64,000 bases of DNA, taken from Cyanophora paradoxa CCMP329 (Eukaryota; Plantae; Glaucophyta). The notes under the pieces were generated by a model, which worked only from the letters and a program-made list of their open reading frames with translations, was not told the origin of the DNA and ran no database searches. A program made the translations under genes and the position numbers. Shown in pieces: positions 12,201 through 24,453 of this stretch. The stretch's first letter is position 1. Each line of letters starts with the position of its first letter. The DNA is taken from positions 62,001 through 126,000 of the forward strand of contig QPMI01000682.1 in NCBI GenBank assembly GCA_004431415.1. Reading direction: 5' to 3'.

Positions 12201-14737
12201 CTTTTACTTTAAGGGAACATATTATTTTTGGGCGTTTTAAACGCATTTCCCATTTTTCAGGTTCTAATGATTCGCACATTCGTGCCTTTGGGGACATATA
12301 CATTAACTGTGTCGAGTCTGCTTGCATAAACACGCTTCTTTTGATAGGTTCTACCATAACCTGCTCTGATCTTTGCAATATAATCCGCCACCTCTGCAAT
12401 ATCATTCTTTTCGACTTGCGACTATGCTTCTTTTTGATCCCAAAGTAGCCACGAGCAAGAACACCATTGACTCGCTTTCTCTCAGCCTTCACATTAAAGA
12501 CTTCGCGAAGTCTCTTCAAGATAGTGCATTCTGTGATTTTCTCATCAGATTTGCCCATGTGATCCATCTTAAAGTGACTGATAATGGACTCACTTGTGGC
12601 GAAATCCCCTTGACTCTTGGTGAGTTCATAACTCTCACGAATCCATTCTCCAATCTTGTCATTCTCATTGAAATATTCAACACCTTGATCAACAATGGAC
12701 TGGGTGGTTTGGTGACGAATTCATTGAGAGAATGGGTTCTCCACATTTCCAGGAGAATGGACATATGCGCCATTTTATAATCGTCATCATTCTTCATTAG
12801 GCGCATTAGAGTGGTGTCTGCTTTCTTCTCACCAGGCTGAGGATCGACCTTGAAGACATTTTCGAATCGATAGTAGATAATTCGCCTTTGGATTGCTGCA
12901 TCTGGTTTACTGATTCCCAGGTTGTCATTTGTGGACAAGAACAACTGGAACATGGGAATGAATGTAACAAGATCTTTGAAAAGAGCTCGAACCTTCATCT
13001 CATTCCCACCAGTAACCTGTTTGATTTTGTTCAGTTGAAGCATATCACCATCTTCTGCTTCATTACTGAAAACAATTCGTTTACCAAGAATGCAAGCGAG
13101 TTCTGGGGAAGCCTCTGACGAACTCTTCTTGGGTTTAGTCCAATATGTCATGTCCAGTGACCCATAATACTCACCAAATGTGTCTTTCACCAACTCTTGG
13201 AGCAGTGATTTCCCATTTGCTCCAATTCCAGTCCAGCAAGTGTATCTCTGATCTTCTGTCAAACCACTCAGGGCATAGGCGATTAATCCCAGCATGAATT
13301 CGCGGTCTGTATCCGATTCAATAATATCTGCATAGATGGATTTAATCTTTGCAACCTTCTCTTGGTCAATTTCTGTGGTGTAATCGTAGCCAACAGTCTT
13401 ACTCACCATATCATATGGGAGTCCCTGTCGAAAAGTCATGGAGTTCAAGTCAAATACACCATTTGTGAACCCAATGATGTTGGGAACAGTATCAAGTCTC
13501 TCGAAAAAGGTCTTGTCACTGAACAGAACTGAAAGATCAGACATAAGTGCAGTTCTGTATGTAGTCTGTTTGAGGCTCTTAGCAATTCCAGCAGAATCTT
13601 TGACCTTTCCTCCAAGGAATTGCGGTTCTCTTCATCACGAAGAGCTCTCTGTGCAAGTTGAACAGAACGTTGAAGATAAACTGGACAGACCTTGCAGCTC
13701 AAACAGAGAAAGATTCGCTTCCCAGTTTCATCCATCTCCCAAATCCCACATACATCATTGAACTTGAACCAGGTCTTGTTGGAATACTTGTATTTGTCTT
13801 GCAGAACAAGATAGGCAACCTGTGCAACATCATAATGGGCACCATCAGATCCAGCAGACCGATCAATCAGATTTTCGATATTCGCATCTGTCTCTTCCTT
13901 CACACGAATTGTGATAAGTCGCTTCTTGCAGTTTGCACTGTAACTCGAAACAATATATTTGTCCTTCTCCTTCCCTTGAACAATATACCAATTGTTCGAG
14001 TCATGGCTTCCCTTGCAGCAGGGACAGACCAGACCTTTGTTCTCAGCAGTGAAATTGTATCCCATCTTGGTCTCATTGATGATTGTGGGCAAGATGAAAC
14101 CGAATTCTTCGAGTTTAGAAAGAATATGTTTCTGCAAATTCTCCTCAGCGCACCTTGCATAATAAGAATGTGCACCTTTGGGGAATTCGTAGTTTTCAAC
14201 AATCCACTTTTGCAACTCAGCAGTGGGTTCATTTAACTCACACTCAGATGCCCATGGCTCTCTGATCCATGTTTTGTTGGGACTTGGACAAACATTAATT
14301 ACCCCAGCAGTCCCAGTGGATGCAATCGTTTTGCAGTCGATCTTGGGGTTTCCTTTGAATGCACCTGCTTTATCCCAGATCTTAATGGTGTCGAATTCAG
14401 CAGGTCGAGCGAAATAAGCATGATATCCTTTTTTGGTTTTAGCAAGTGGATTAACACCACCGAAATCATCAGGGAATTGCTCCTCGAATTTGGCGAAATC
14501 CTCCTCTTGGTCGAAGTCAATAACCATGATATTACGAGCGAGAATGCCCCAAGCAGTATATTTACCGGATTTCAGGGCTTCATCGAATTTATCCCAAGTC
14601 CAGGATCCGTCTTTATGAGCGAAAAGCGGTCTCTTGGTATCAGGATCAACAGGAATTACGAGATTCTCAGACAGGACATCGTCTTCACGAAGCCAGTCAA
14701 CAAGGCGTTTCAGGGATTTCTTGGCGGCAGCGTTCAT
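12181..14737 (-). pseudogene. Prim-Pol (bifunctional primase-polymerase) + Zn finger + D5-like SF3 helicase, split by frameshifts
   Basis: VIPV..KRP...WGI...VIDFD...TKKGYHAYF; CPCCKGSHDSN; IGFTNGVFDL (D5_N); Walker A TGIGANGKS; C-terminal KRVNGVLARGYFGIK. Covers ORFs 13445..14737, 12516..13544 and 12181..12567. Confidence 0.85.
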
Positions 14738-14929
14738 TTCGAAAATCGGGGCTTCTTACACTTAATGGAGAAATTAATTTCTCCGGATCCTTGTCATTTT
14801 TTGGCGGCTAACCTTTAAATACCTTTGGGTTTTCCGATTGGCGCTCGATACATGGTAATGATCCATCGAAAAGTCGATTGATCATGGTAACAAAAAGGAT
14901 TCAGCGGATATCTGGGACTTTGGGGCGGT

Positions 14930-15157
14930 TCAGTATTTTCTGGGACGACCAACTGGGCGTTTTACTGGATTATTGGGATCCATCTCAGCAGCTTTCCTGC
15001 GATAATATCGTTCCAGTGCCTTTTTCCGATATAATTCACGAAACTCCTCATCTTGATAGCGTTTCTGGAAGTACAAGCGGTCATACAACCTTTTCTTTTC
15101 ATTGGGATCCATTTCGCTCATTGCAAGTTCGAATTCGACCACAGATTCAGTTTCCAT
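14930..15157 (-). CDS. Small AT-hook DNA-binding protein
   Basis: C-terminal KRPVGRPRKY; identical to 24226..24453. Confidence 0.7.
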   Translation of the reverse strand: METESVVEFELAMSEMDPNEKKRLYDRLYFQKRYQDEEFRELYRKKALERYYRRKAAEMDPNNPVKRPVGRPRKY

Positions 15158-15358
15158 TTGATATGTTCCTTATATTGGGACGAGAAAATAATTTGTCCGG
15201 GTTCACCAATCAAACACACCTTACCCTTAAATCCCTTGTCATTTTTTGCAGATCGAGACCAGTTCCTGTCTACGCTTTTTTATTGCGGCTTCTGTTGCAT
15301 ATTCAGCGGATTTCCTTTCAAGGATAGCATAGATCTCAGAGAGACTGAGCATTCGATA

Positions 15359-15592
15359 TTAATTACCGAGATTTAATTTCGGATCTGTGAAAGATACAGA
15401 CCTGCGCCTCACAGTCTCTGTTTTAATATGCTCCTCGAAATCCACCGAGTCTGTGGATAATCTCCTTCCACCAGATCCATGACTTTCAGTGTCTGAGAAC
15501 TCGATTTCGACTTTGGTGTCACAGCAACCACTGTGACAATTGCTCACAATGTGGAGATTAAACATCTCAATGATTTTGCGCAGAAAATCCAT
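15359..15592 (-). CDS. Hypothetical 77-aa protein (CxxxCC motif)
   Basis: Identical to 23791..24024. Confidence 0.6.
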   Translation of the reverse strand: MDFLRKIIEMFNLHIVSNCHSGCCDTKVEIEFSDTESHGSGGRRLSTDSVDFEEHIKTETVRRRSVSFTDPKLNLGN

Positions 15593-15619
15593 GATGCTTT
15601 CTCTTTTAATGCGAGATAA

Positions 15620-16354
15620 TTATAGCCATACTCGTCGTTTATATACTGTTGGGGCAACACCTTTGTCAACCTCTGCTTTGGTAGCACCAGGTTCAATGGT
15701 GCCCTTCTGGGTTTTGGTCTTCATCTCATCAACTGCCTGCTCATCGATTTGAGTTTCTTTCTTACCAATGAACTGCTTATCTGGGAGACCAGTGATTCCC
15801 ATTCTATACACCTCCTTTCGCAGCATCTCCTTTAATTTCGCTCTCTCTTTCTTCTCAGAGACATACTGTTCAAGTGCACTCGATTTCGCTTCCAGATCTT
15901 TAAGTTTCGCAGTCATTTCGTCCCATTGGGCTTTGGGAATTCGGTGGATATTCTGTGTAGGTGCGACCTTGTAGGTGACCTCACCAGCCATCGATTGAAT
16001 CACCTTGTCTGATTCTTTGGAGACACCTTCACCTTTGCGGGCAAGTGAGAGATCTTGCAGACCAAGTCCTTTATCATCAGCAGCACCAATTATTCGACGA
16101 GCACCTTCACCAACTGCCTTCATCTTTGTGGCTTCGGGCGAAATATTCAATTGATCACTGGTGGATGTTTGAGGCGCTTTATCATCTGGTGATTCTTCGT
16201 AAGCAGCATTGAGGGGATCTTCCTGCTGCTGTGATGCTTTCACTTCATTGACACCATTGAATTTCAGGGGCTCTGTGTTAATAGAACCGGTTCCAGAGGA
16301 TGCAGAATATGACATAGCACCAGCAGGAACACCAACTTTGCGTTTCGAAGGCAT
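15620..16354 (-). CDS. Hypothetical 244-aa charged protein
   Basis: Near-identical to 23029..23763, with mostly synonymous differences. Confidence 0.7.
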   Translation of the reverse strand: MPSKRKVGVPAGAMSYSASSGTGSINTEPLKFNGVNEVKASQQQEDPLNAAYEESPDDKAPQTSTSDQLNISPEATKMKAVGEGARRIIGAADDKGLGLQDLSLARKGEGVSKESDKVIQSMAGEVTYKVAPTQNIHRIPKAQWDEMTAKLKDLEAKSSALEQYVSEKKERAKLKEMLRKEVYRMGITGLPDKQFIGKKETQIDEQAVDEMKTKTQKGTIEPGATKAEVDKGVAPTVYKRRVWL

Positions 16355-16382
16355 TGTATATTTATTAGAAGCAGAGATTATT

Positions 16383-17165
16383 TTACAAACCTCTCTTATA
16401 TCGCATCAGTTTATTCGAATGAACACCACTCTTGACCTCTTTGGGTGCTTCCTCTTTCTGTGGAGATGGTAGTTCATCTTCTTTCTTTTTGGGCTTCCTG
16501 TGGAACCGAGGAAATGCGAAATCTTTGACCAGATCCGCTTTATCAACATAATAGTTCACCGAATAATTCGCAGAAGACCACACAATATATTGGTAGGAGT
16601 GTACATACTCCTCAAACATCTTATAGAAATCGTCCTTGTTTCGCATGATATTGTACTCCTCTTCAATGGCTTCGAGTTCTTTGCGATTTGCAGCACTCAG
16701 GAACACAGCATAATCCGAATTTACTCGAATTGTTGAAGAAACCTTCCTCAGCTTCTGTGTGATGCAGATAATCGAGATTTTCGAATGGCGACCTCTGGAA
16801 TAAAGAGATCCCACGATTTTGTCTCGGGTCAAATCAATGATTTCGTTGTCTATTAGATCATCTAAGACCACACACAGGTGATTGACAGGTTCCCCTTTTT
16901 CGATTTTCTCCTGCCTTTCATCCAGTAATTTGGAAATGTAAGCAGCATCCCATTTCCCGAGTTGCAATGTTGCAACTGCATCCCAGAAATGATTGAAGGA
17001 CGTCCCACTCACAACAAGAACAGTATCAATCTTTTTCGCATCATGCAGCTGTTTCAACCAATATTTCACACATTCTGACTTGCCTGTTGCAGACTTTCCT
17101 ATGAAAAGAGCACGAAATGGTGGGGTTATCATCTCAGATGCAACAAATTCTTCTAAATCGTTCAT
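16383..17165 (-). CDS. A32-like (FtsK/HerA) DNA packaging ATPase of element B
   Basis: Walker A GKSATGKS, Walker B VVLDD, and RGRH..IS....TQ.......IR.N. Confidence 0.92.
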   Translation of the reverse strand: MNDLEEFVASEMITPPFRALFIGKSATGKSECVKYWLKQLHDAKKIDTVLVVSGTSFNHFWDAVATLQLGKWDAAYISKLLDERQEKIEKGEPVNHLCVVLDDLIDNEIIDLTRDKIVGSLYSRGRHSKISIICITQKLRKVSSTIRVNSDYAVFLSAANRKELEAIEEEYNIMRNKDDFYKMFEEYVHSYQYIVWSSANYSVNYYVDKADLVKDFAFPRFHRKPKKKEDELPSPQKEEAPKEVKSGVHSNKLMRYKRGL

Positions 17166-17226
17166 GGCTTTGTAGATCTTTCTTATTAAAGATAGATAAA
17201 AATAACGAAACGTTACTGATAATGGT

Positions 17227-17321
17227 ACACATATTGAAAAACGAATTTAAATCCCTCGTTCATCTCGATCGCTTCGCGATCTCGATTCACTCTGGATTTA
17301 AATTCGTTTTTCAATATGTGT
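17227..17321. repeat. Left terminal hairpin of A (28-bp stem, 39-nt loop containing an inner GATCGC-ttc-GCGATC stem)
   Basis: 17227-17254 pairs perfectly with 17294-17321. Confidence 0.95.
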
Positions 17322-17654
17322 TAATTTAATACTAAAATACATATTTTTCGATTAATTTCTTAAACTTTTTATGCAAACTTTGTATAAAATAATGCAAACT
17401 TTGTATAAAAAATGAAAACGCGTTAATCAAAATGCATATTTTCGATTAAACTTCGATAGATGCAATCGATATTATATCGATAGATTATGTTCTTTGTCGA
17501 TTACATATATAACTTCGATTGATTAACATTAAACTACTTAAAGAACGATATAATCGCGATTAATTCGCATAAATTCGCATAAATTCGCATAAACTCGATA
17601 TATCTCATCGGTATTGAAGAAGACCACCGCCCATTCTGTATCAAAAAACGCAAA

Positions 17655-18105
17655 AAGTGTCACAGAGTTGCATTGTGTCCAATTGAACAATCGATGAGAT
17701 TGCTGATGTACATATTTGCACCGAAAAAGTGTCACAGAGTTGCATTATCTCCAATTAAACAATCGATTAGATTGCGAGAGTTTCTATTGGAATATATCGG
17801 TACTGCATTATGTCCAATTGAACAATCGATGAGATTGCTGATGTACATTTTTGCACCGAAAAAGTGTCACAGAGTTGCATTATCTCCAATTAAACAATCG
17901 ATTAGATTGCGAGATTTTCTATTGGAATATATCGGTACTGCATTATGTCCAATTAAACAATCGATGAGATTGTGGATGTACATTTTTGCACCGAAAAAGT
18001 GTCACAGAGTTGAATGGTCTCCAATTGAACAATTGAGAAGATTGGGGATGGGCATTTTCTCTTCGAAAAATTGTCACAGAGTTGCATGGTCTCCGATCGA
18101 TCAAT
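17655..18105. repeat. 132-bp tandem repeat (~3.4 copies) within the TIR
   Basis: aagtgtcacagagttgcattatctccaattaaacaatcgat... recurs at 132-bp spacing. Mirrored at ~43140-43592, with a remnant in B at ~48415-48626. Confidence 0.9.
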
Positions 18106-18109
18106 CGAA

Positions 18110-18320
18110 GTAGGCATCTTTGGTAGGCGGTTTAGGCGGTTAGGCACTTCTTAATCGAGAATTAAAAAGAAGTCCCAAATACATCAACTTGTGTTTTTCA
18201 AAACGTTGATTTTATTTTTTATAGAGAATTTCCAGAAAAGGTGCCTAAGTGCCTAACGTCAATTAAAAGTGCCTAACTTCAATTAAAAAGTGCCTACTTC
18301 GATTTTTAAAGTGCCTACTA
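18110..18320. promoter_or_regulatory. Origin-like iteron cassette (TAGGCAC/GTGCCTA) in the left TIR of A
   Basis: Converging TAGGC(AC) and GTGCCTA repeats around an AT-rich spacer. Confidence 0.55.
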
Positions 18321-18475
18321 CACCATTTTCAGTAAGACCATCTGAAATTCTGAATTTCTCAGTGTCAACTAACTCGGAAATCGCAATACTCTATGTTTCT
18401 CCGATTTCTCCAACCCTGAAAACACACCTGTTATTCTCTCATCTATCTCATGAGATACTCTCGTTTCGCCAAAAA

Positions 18476-18790
18476 ATGACAAACGATTTCCCATCATGCT
18501 GTAAAGGAAACATGCCGATTAACCAGCAATATCACAATTTCCATGGGACTTACATCTTGATTGTGAAAAGAATACAAGATCATTATGAGATCTTTCAAGA
18601 GATGGGATTGCGAATTACAAGGAGATCAACTCTTTGTAGATTCTTGAAAAAGAATGGTGCTAAATGGGATAAGACAATTCGCCGATGGTATACAGAAGAT
18701 CGAAAGAGTCCCATTCTTAATATTTTCGAGACAGATGGGAGTTCTTCTATCAGGATCGGTTTAATCATTACCAATAGCCAAGAACTCTAA
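18476..18790 (+). CDS. Small protein with KxxGAxWD...RWY (DUF5710-like) motif
   Basis: FLKKNGAKWDKTIRRWY; copy in B at 47403-47705. Start codon uncertain. Confidence 0.5.
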   Translation: MTNDFPSCCKGNMPINQQYHNFHGTYILIVKRIQDHYEIFQEMGLRITRRSTLCRFLKKNGAKWDKTIRRWYTEDRKSPILNIFETDGSSSIRIGLIITNSQEL

Positions 18791-19692
18791 CTGGAATGAG
18801 TTGTCAATTCCATTCATATCTACAAGATCACCATAATAATCGCGAAACTCAACTGTTAACTCTCTAATCACAAGGTTTCGATCGGTTATTTTTATGTATT
18901 CACTGTGCTCTCCACTGTGATAAACATACTGTCCAATATCTTTACTTAATTGCAATCTGAGAATCGCTCCTTGATTCTGTGGTTGAGATTGTGGGACAAT
19001 ATTGTGGTTTGTAGCAAATGGGGAGAGTTCTTTAATGTGCATGTATAAATACTGTTCTGCATTCATATCTGTCATCTTGGAAGCTTCTAACTTGTAGTTT
19101 AAGCGAGATGCCTCGAATTCATATCCTGTGAATGTGATTCCCCATTGGGGATGGTTTGGGGTGATTGGTATTCCTGCGAAATAAAGGAAATTCTCGGGGC
19201 ATATAAAGACCTTGCAGACTCTGGGAAATCGTAAATCTGTTCAGTGGAAGCCACCCACTCCACTGAACTCACACCAAGAAGTTTACCCAATCTCTGTGTA
19301 GATGCAACCATATCGAATTGAACATTACTGTAAAACTCCAATTTGTAGGAGGTAGGGTTGTAGTAGACCTTGAATGCATATGTGAGATTGTTGCTCCCAG
19401 TAAATGTGAAATTCAGACCATAATTATATGGAGTGGTGACCCCGAAATGACCTTGATTTATGTAACCACTTGGGAGAAGGAAGACCTGCTTGGTTTCAGA
19501 GATGCCTTGGTAGTAGAATCTGACAAGAAGGTGGTCTGTTCCAATGGAGTTATAGATGCTGTTGGGGATCTCTGCATACAAAACTCGACATTCTCTTGGT
19601 TTGGTCACTGGGGTTGTGAGTGAAACTTTGTAGGAGTTTTCTATTTGTCCATCTGATCGGTCTCTGCTATCTTTATTGACCAGCCGAATCAT
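18761..19692 (-). pseudogene. Minor capsid (penton-like) protein 2 of A, frameshifted
   Basis: DSRDR...SYKVSL...VLYAEIPNSIYN N-terminus and LTVEFRDYYGDLVDMNG C-terminus; intact orthologue at 50471..51403. Confidence 0.75.
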
Positions 19693-19720
19693 TTTAATAT
19701 ATGTTTATAGATAAAAGAAG

Positions 19721-20730
19721 ATGCCTGTGGATTACATTGAAGTGAGCTCTTTCAATACAATTTCGGGAGATGGACCTACTTCGAGTTTTATTGCTCGCCT
19801 CCCCAGCACATATGAATTTGTAAGAGCAGTAAGACTGGTCTCAGCAGAATTCTATAACAGCATCCCATGGTGAGTGGTGAAACCAAAGTAGGAGATGTGA
19901 CAATAGATAATGCATTCTACCTTTATTGGTCTGAATATCTTTCTGGTGCAGGAAGCACTGGTATTCCAACTGATCGACCTGCTGCTGATTATGAATCATG
20001 GAAACACATTGTGATAAGTCGCAGCACACCCATTCAAAACCACCAACAACTGGTGAATGTAATTAACTCCAAACTTGCATTGAGAGAACCAGCAGTAGCT
20101 ATTCGTTGCAAATGGGATGATACACTGAAACGAGTAATATTCCATTCCACCATACCGTTTTACCTGGCTTTCTCAACCGCAATTAACCCAACCCAGGCAC
20201 AGATTCAGAGGTTTTTGAGTTCTGCTCGACTGCTTGGTCTTGATCCTGGGAGATATGGTAACACACCAATCCAATCACAGGTGTACAATACTCTTACTGA
20301 TGGTATCTTCACTGGGTCGATGGTGCATGGTATTATATCTTCATTTGAACCCGAGAAGACCAGGGATAGTGTCCTATTTGTGAGAGTAAAGGAGCTGGGT
20401 GATCTTGTGCAATGTGGTGATGGTCTCCTCACTGGATATTTCCACAAAATCGTGGTTCCTGATAAAGATTATGGTGAGCATGTCGTTTATAATTCGACAG
20501 AAGCCCATCCGATTTATAAATACTATAACAAGAATCTGGGACTTTCCACATTTTCGGTTGACATTGTGAATGCAGTTAATGAACCAATTGATTTCGAGGG
20601 TCAACCTGTGCACCTCACCTTCGAAATTCGATATGGTGATGAACCTGCTGGTGATCCTGTGTACGAATACTTCAAGAGGAGAATGGCGGAAACCCATCCA
20701 TCTTATCCTGTAATTGCGAATTTTGCGTAA
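19721..20730 (+). pseudogene. Minor capsid (penton-like) protein 1 of A, 1-nt deletion near 19866
   Basis: Matches the intact 45452..46462 except for a missing C in a C-run; VRLVSAEFYNS and IDFEGQPVHLTFEI motifs. Confidence 0.8.
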
Positions 20731-20784
20731 AATCAAGGATCATTGGTGAATTTTTTATGTTGCAGTATAATAAAAGAGATAATC

Positions 20785-22155
20785 ATGGATATTACTTCGA
20801 CCCTCCAACGTCTTTCTCTGAAAGAAGCTCTAACAACCCGGAAGAAGCCAAGGCGTTCTTCTTGGACAACTCTCTCATGCTTGGTCTTGAATCCAAGTCG
20901 AAGCCAGTTCTTGTTGTTGTGAACCCAAGCAACACTTTCGAGAATAATGCTGGAAATCGCATTTCTTTCAAGCTCCCTCGCTACAATTTCTGTGGAAAAC
21001 TCGAACTTGCGTTTGACCTTCCAGCTGTCACTTTTGCTGGTGATACCGACCTTGTTCGCAATGGATACGTTCGCCCAGTTGGTGCTCTTGTCTCTCGACT
21101 TGAAATCACCTATGGATCTTACACCTTCCATGTGCCTTCTGATTTCCTTGCTCATTTCCCTCTTATCTATTACAGTGAGGATCAACTCGCCAAGAAGAAG
21201 CGTTCAATGGGAATGGTTCATGGTATCCCTGCCCATGGAACCAACCGACTTGGTGGGTCATTTTTCACTGAAATCCCAGTCCCATGGCTAAACCACTACC
21301 TACCTCTTGGTGCTCTCTCAGGAGAAATGGTGGTAACTGTCTGGTTCAAGGATGCTGGAAAGGGTTATGTTGAGACTTCTTATGGTGGTCGTGCTCTTCC
21401 TGTTGTTGGTGGAACAGCTGCTGATAAGACAGAGGATGATGGACTTGGTGCTACTGCTAATGCTACTCTTGCCCATGTTGGTCAACAAATCACCACTTTT
21501 GGAATTGGTGCAACAACAACCCCGAAATTAAAGTCACTTCTCCTCGTCTTTACATGCATGCTATTAATGTTTCTGATGAACTGTTTGCTACTGTCATTGA
21601 GAAGGTGAAGACCACTGGTATGGCTATTCCTGCTCTGGATATTGGTTTTGTTGACAGTGTCAATTTTGCTGCAAAAGGAAATGCTCAACCAAATCGTATT
21701 AACCTGTCACAGATCTCTGGTCTTGTCTATGGTCTTCTTGTTTCAGTTCGTGATGCCGCAGGTATTGATGGTTTCAATGGTTCCACAGTGTCCTAAAAAC
21801 GCATGCTAACTCAAAAGACATCACTTTCACTGTTGAAATTAATGGTCAACGTCTCTATGCTACTGAGCCAATTCCTCTCCTCAAAGGTGCCGAATTAATT
21901 GCGGATGCCTTCAAGTGCTCGAATATGGACAAGGTTGCAGACAAATATGTCCTCAGTGGTCTACCATTCTGTGTTGATGGAGAGAAAGCGATTCGCAACA
22001 TTGCCCAGTCTGGCTATGTTGATCTCACGAACTCCTCCTCCTCTTTCCTCACTCTATACATGCCTTCTGACCAGACAATCACTGTTAATGTTCGTGCTCT
22101 CATGCACAGTTTCATTATAGTCGATAAGGACGGCCTGAGGCGAATCAATCTGTAA
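20785..22155 (+). pseudogene. Major capsid protein (probable double jelly-roll) of A, several single-base indels
   Basis: Colinear with the intact 456-aa ORF 44028..45398; lies between penton and ATPase. Confidence 0.8.
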
Positions 22156-22217
22156 AACCATTATCAGTAACGTTTCGTTATTTTTATCTATCTTTAATAA
22201 GAAAGATCTACAAAGCC

Positions 22218-23000
22218 ATGAACGATTTAGAAGAATTTGTTGCATCTGAGATGATAACCCCACCATTTCGTGCTCTTTTCATAGGAAAGTCTGCAACAGG
22301 CAAGTCAGAATGTGTGAAATATTGGTTGAAACAGCTGCATGATGCGAAAAAGATTGATACTGTTCTTGTTGTGAGTGGGACGTCCTTCAATCATTTCTGG
22401 GATGCAGTTGCAACATTGCAACTCGGGAAATGGGATGCTGCTTACATTTCAAAATTACTGGATGAAAGGCAGGAGAAAATCGAAAAAGGGGAACCTGTCA
22501 ATCACCTGTGTGTGGTCTTAGACGATTTAATAGACAACGAAATCATTGATTTGACCCGAGACAAAATTGTGGGATCTCTGTATTCCAGAGGTCGCCACTC
22601 GAAAATCTCGATTATCTGCATCACACAGAAGCTGAGGAAGGTTTCTTCAACAATTCGAGTAAATTCGGATTATGCTGTGTTCCTGAGTGCTGCTAATCGC
22701 AAAGAACTCGAAGCAATTGAAGAGGAGTACAATATCATGCGAAACAAGGACGATTTCTATAAGATGTTTGAGGAATATGTACACTCCTACCAATACATTG
22801 TGTGGTCTTCTGCAAATTATTCGGTGAACTATTATGTTGATAAAGCGGATCTGGTCAAAGATTTCCCATTTCCTCGGTTCCACAGGAAGCCCAAAAAGAA
22901 AGAAGATGAACTACCATCTCCACCGAAAGAGGAAGCACCCAAAGAGGTCAAGAGTGGTGTTCATTCGAATAAACTGATGCGATATAAGAGAGGTTTGTAA
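22218..23000 (+). CDS. A32-like DNA packaging ATPase of A
   Basis: GKSATGKS, VVLDD, RGRH motifs. Confidence 0.92.
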   Translation: MNDLEEFVASEMITPPFRALFIGKSATGKSECVKYWLKQLHDAKKIDTVLVVSGTSFNHFWDAVATLQLGKWDAAYISKLLDERQEKIEKGEPVNHLCVVLDDLIDNEIIDLTRDKIVGSLYSRGRHSKISIICITQKLRKVSSTIRVNSDYAVFLSAANRKELEAIEEEYNIMRNKDDFYKMFEEYVHSYQYIVWSSANYSVNYYVDKADLVKDFPFPRFHRKPKKKEDELPSPPKEEAPKEVKSGVHSNKLMRYKRGL

Positions 23001-23028
23001 AATAATCTCTGCTTCTAATAAATATACA

Positions 23029-23763
23029 ATGCCTTCCAAACGCAAAGTTGGTGTTCCTGCCGGTGCTATGTCATATTCTGCATCCTCTGGAACCGGTTCT
23101 ATTAACATAGAGCCCCTGAAATTCAATGGTGTCAATGAAGTGAAAGCATCACAGCAACAGGAAGATCCCCTCAATGCTGCTTATGAAGAATCTCCCGATG
23201 ATAAAGCGCCCCAGGCATCCACCAGTGATCAATTGAATATTTCGCCCGAAGCCACAAAGATGAAGGCAGTTGGTGAAGGTGCTCGTCGAATTATTGGTGC
23301 TGCTGATGATAAAGGACTTGGTCTGCAAGATCTCTCACTTGCCCGCAAAGGTGAAGGTGTCTCCAAAGAATCAGACAAGGTTATTCAATCGATGGCTGGT
23401 GAGGTCACCTACAAGGTCGCACCTACACAGAATATCCACCGAATTCCCAAAGCCCAATGGGACGAAATGACTGCGAAACTTAAAGATCTGGAAGCGAAAT
23501 CGAGTGCACTTGAACAGTATGTCTCTGAGAAGAAAGAGAGAGCGAAATTAAAGGAGATGCTGCGAAAGGAGGTGTATAGAATGGGAATCACTGGTCTCCC
23601 AGATAAGCAGTTCATTGGTAAGAAAGAAACTCAAATCGATGAGCAGGCAGTTGATGAGATGAAGACCAAAACCCAGAAGGGCACCATTGAACCTGGTGCT
23701 ACCAAAGCAGAGGTTGACAAAGGTGTTGCCCCAACAGTATATAAACGACGAGTATGGCTATAA
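23029..23763 (+). CDS. Hypothetical 244-aa protein
   Basis: Conserved with B's copy; Lys/Glu-rich with a coiled-coil-like segment. Confidence 0.7.
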   Translation: MPSKRKVGVPAGAMSYSASSGTGSINIEPLKFNGVNEVKASQQQEDPLNAAYEESPDDKAPQASTSDQLNISPEATKMKAVGEGARRIIGAADDKGLGLQDLSLARKGEGVSKESDKVIQSMAGEVTYKVAPTQNIHRIPKAQWDEMTAKLKDLEAKSSALEQYVSEKKERAKLKEMLRKEVYRMGITGLPDKQFIGKKETQIDEQAVDEMKTKTQKGTIEPGATKAEVDKGVAPTVYKRRVWL

Positions 23764-23790
23764 TTATCTCGCATTAAAAGAGAAAGCATC

Positions 23791-24024
23791 ATGGATTTTC
23801 TGCGCAAAATCATTGAGATGTTTAATCTCCACATTGTGAGCAATTGTCACAGTGGTTGCTGTGACACCAAAGTCGAAATCGAGTTCTCAGACACTGAAAG
23901 CCATGGATCTGGTGGAAGGAGATTATCCACAGACTCGGTGGATTTCGAGGAGCATATTAAAACAGAGACTGTGAGGCGCAGGTCTGTATCTTTCACAGAT
24001 CCGAAATTAAATCTCGGTAATTAA
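23791..24024 (+). CDS. Hypothetical 77-aa protein
   Basis: Conserved with B's copy. Confidence 0.6.
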   Translation: MDFLRKIIEMFNLHIVSNCHSGCCDTKVEIEFSDTESHGSGGRRLSTDSVDFEEHIKTETVRRRSVSFTDPKLNLGN

Positions 24025-24225
24025 TATCGAATGCTCAGTCTCTCTGAGATCTATGCTATCCTTGAAAGGAAATCCGCTGAATATGCAACAGAAGCCGCAA
24101 TAAAAAAGCGTAGACAGGAACTGGTCTCGATCTGCAAAAAATGACAAGGGATTTAAGGGTAAGGTGTGTTTGATTGGTGAACCCGGACAAATTATTTTCT
24201 CGTCCCAATATAAGGAACATATCAA

Positions 24226-24453
24226 ATGGAAACTGAATCTGTGGTCGAATTCGAACTTGCAATGAGCGAAATGGATCCCAATGAAAAGAAAAGGTTGTAT
24301 GACCGCTTGTACTTCCAGAAACGCTATCAAGATGAGGAGTTTCGTGAATTATATCGGAAAAAGGCACTGGAACGATATTATCGCAGGAAAGCTGCTGAGA
24401 TGGATCCCAATAATCCAGTAAAACGCCCAGTTGGTCGTCCCAGAAAATACTGA
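24226..24453 (+). CDS. Small AT-hook DNA-binding protein
   Basis: RPVGRPRK. Confidence 0.7.
   Translation: METESVVEFELAMSEMDPNEKKRLYDRLYFQKRYQDEEFRELYRKKALERYYRRKAAEMDPNNPVKRPVGRPRKY

Larger units (their letters stand above)
17227..18464. repeat. Left terminal inverted repeat of element A
   Basis: Reverse complement of 42783-44020; I noticed only a couple of substitutions (~17415, ~17780). Confidence 0.95.

Noticed and set aside
17655-18105. Possible CRISPR-like array in the TIR repeats
   Set aside because: The intervening sequences are themselves repeated, so there are no unique spacers, and no cas genes are present.
17673-18113. 146-aa repetitive ORF (and mirror 43134..43574)
   Set aside because: It is a read-through of the 132-bp TIR tandem repeat, with no evidence of coding constraint.
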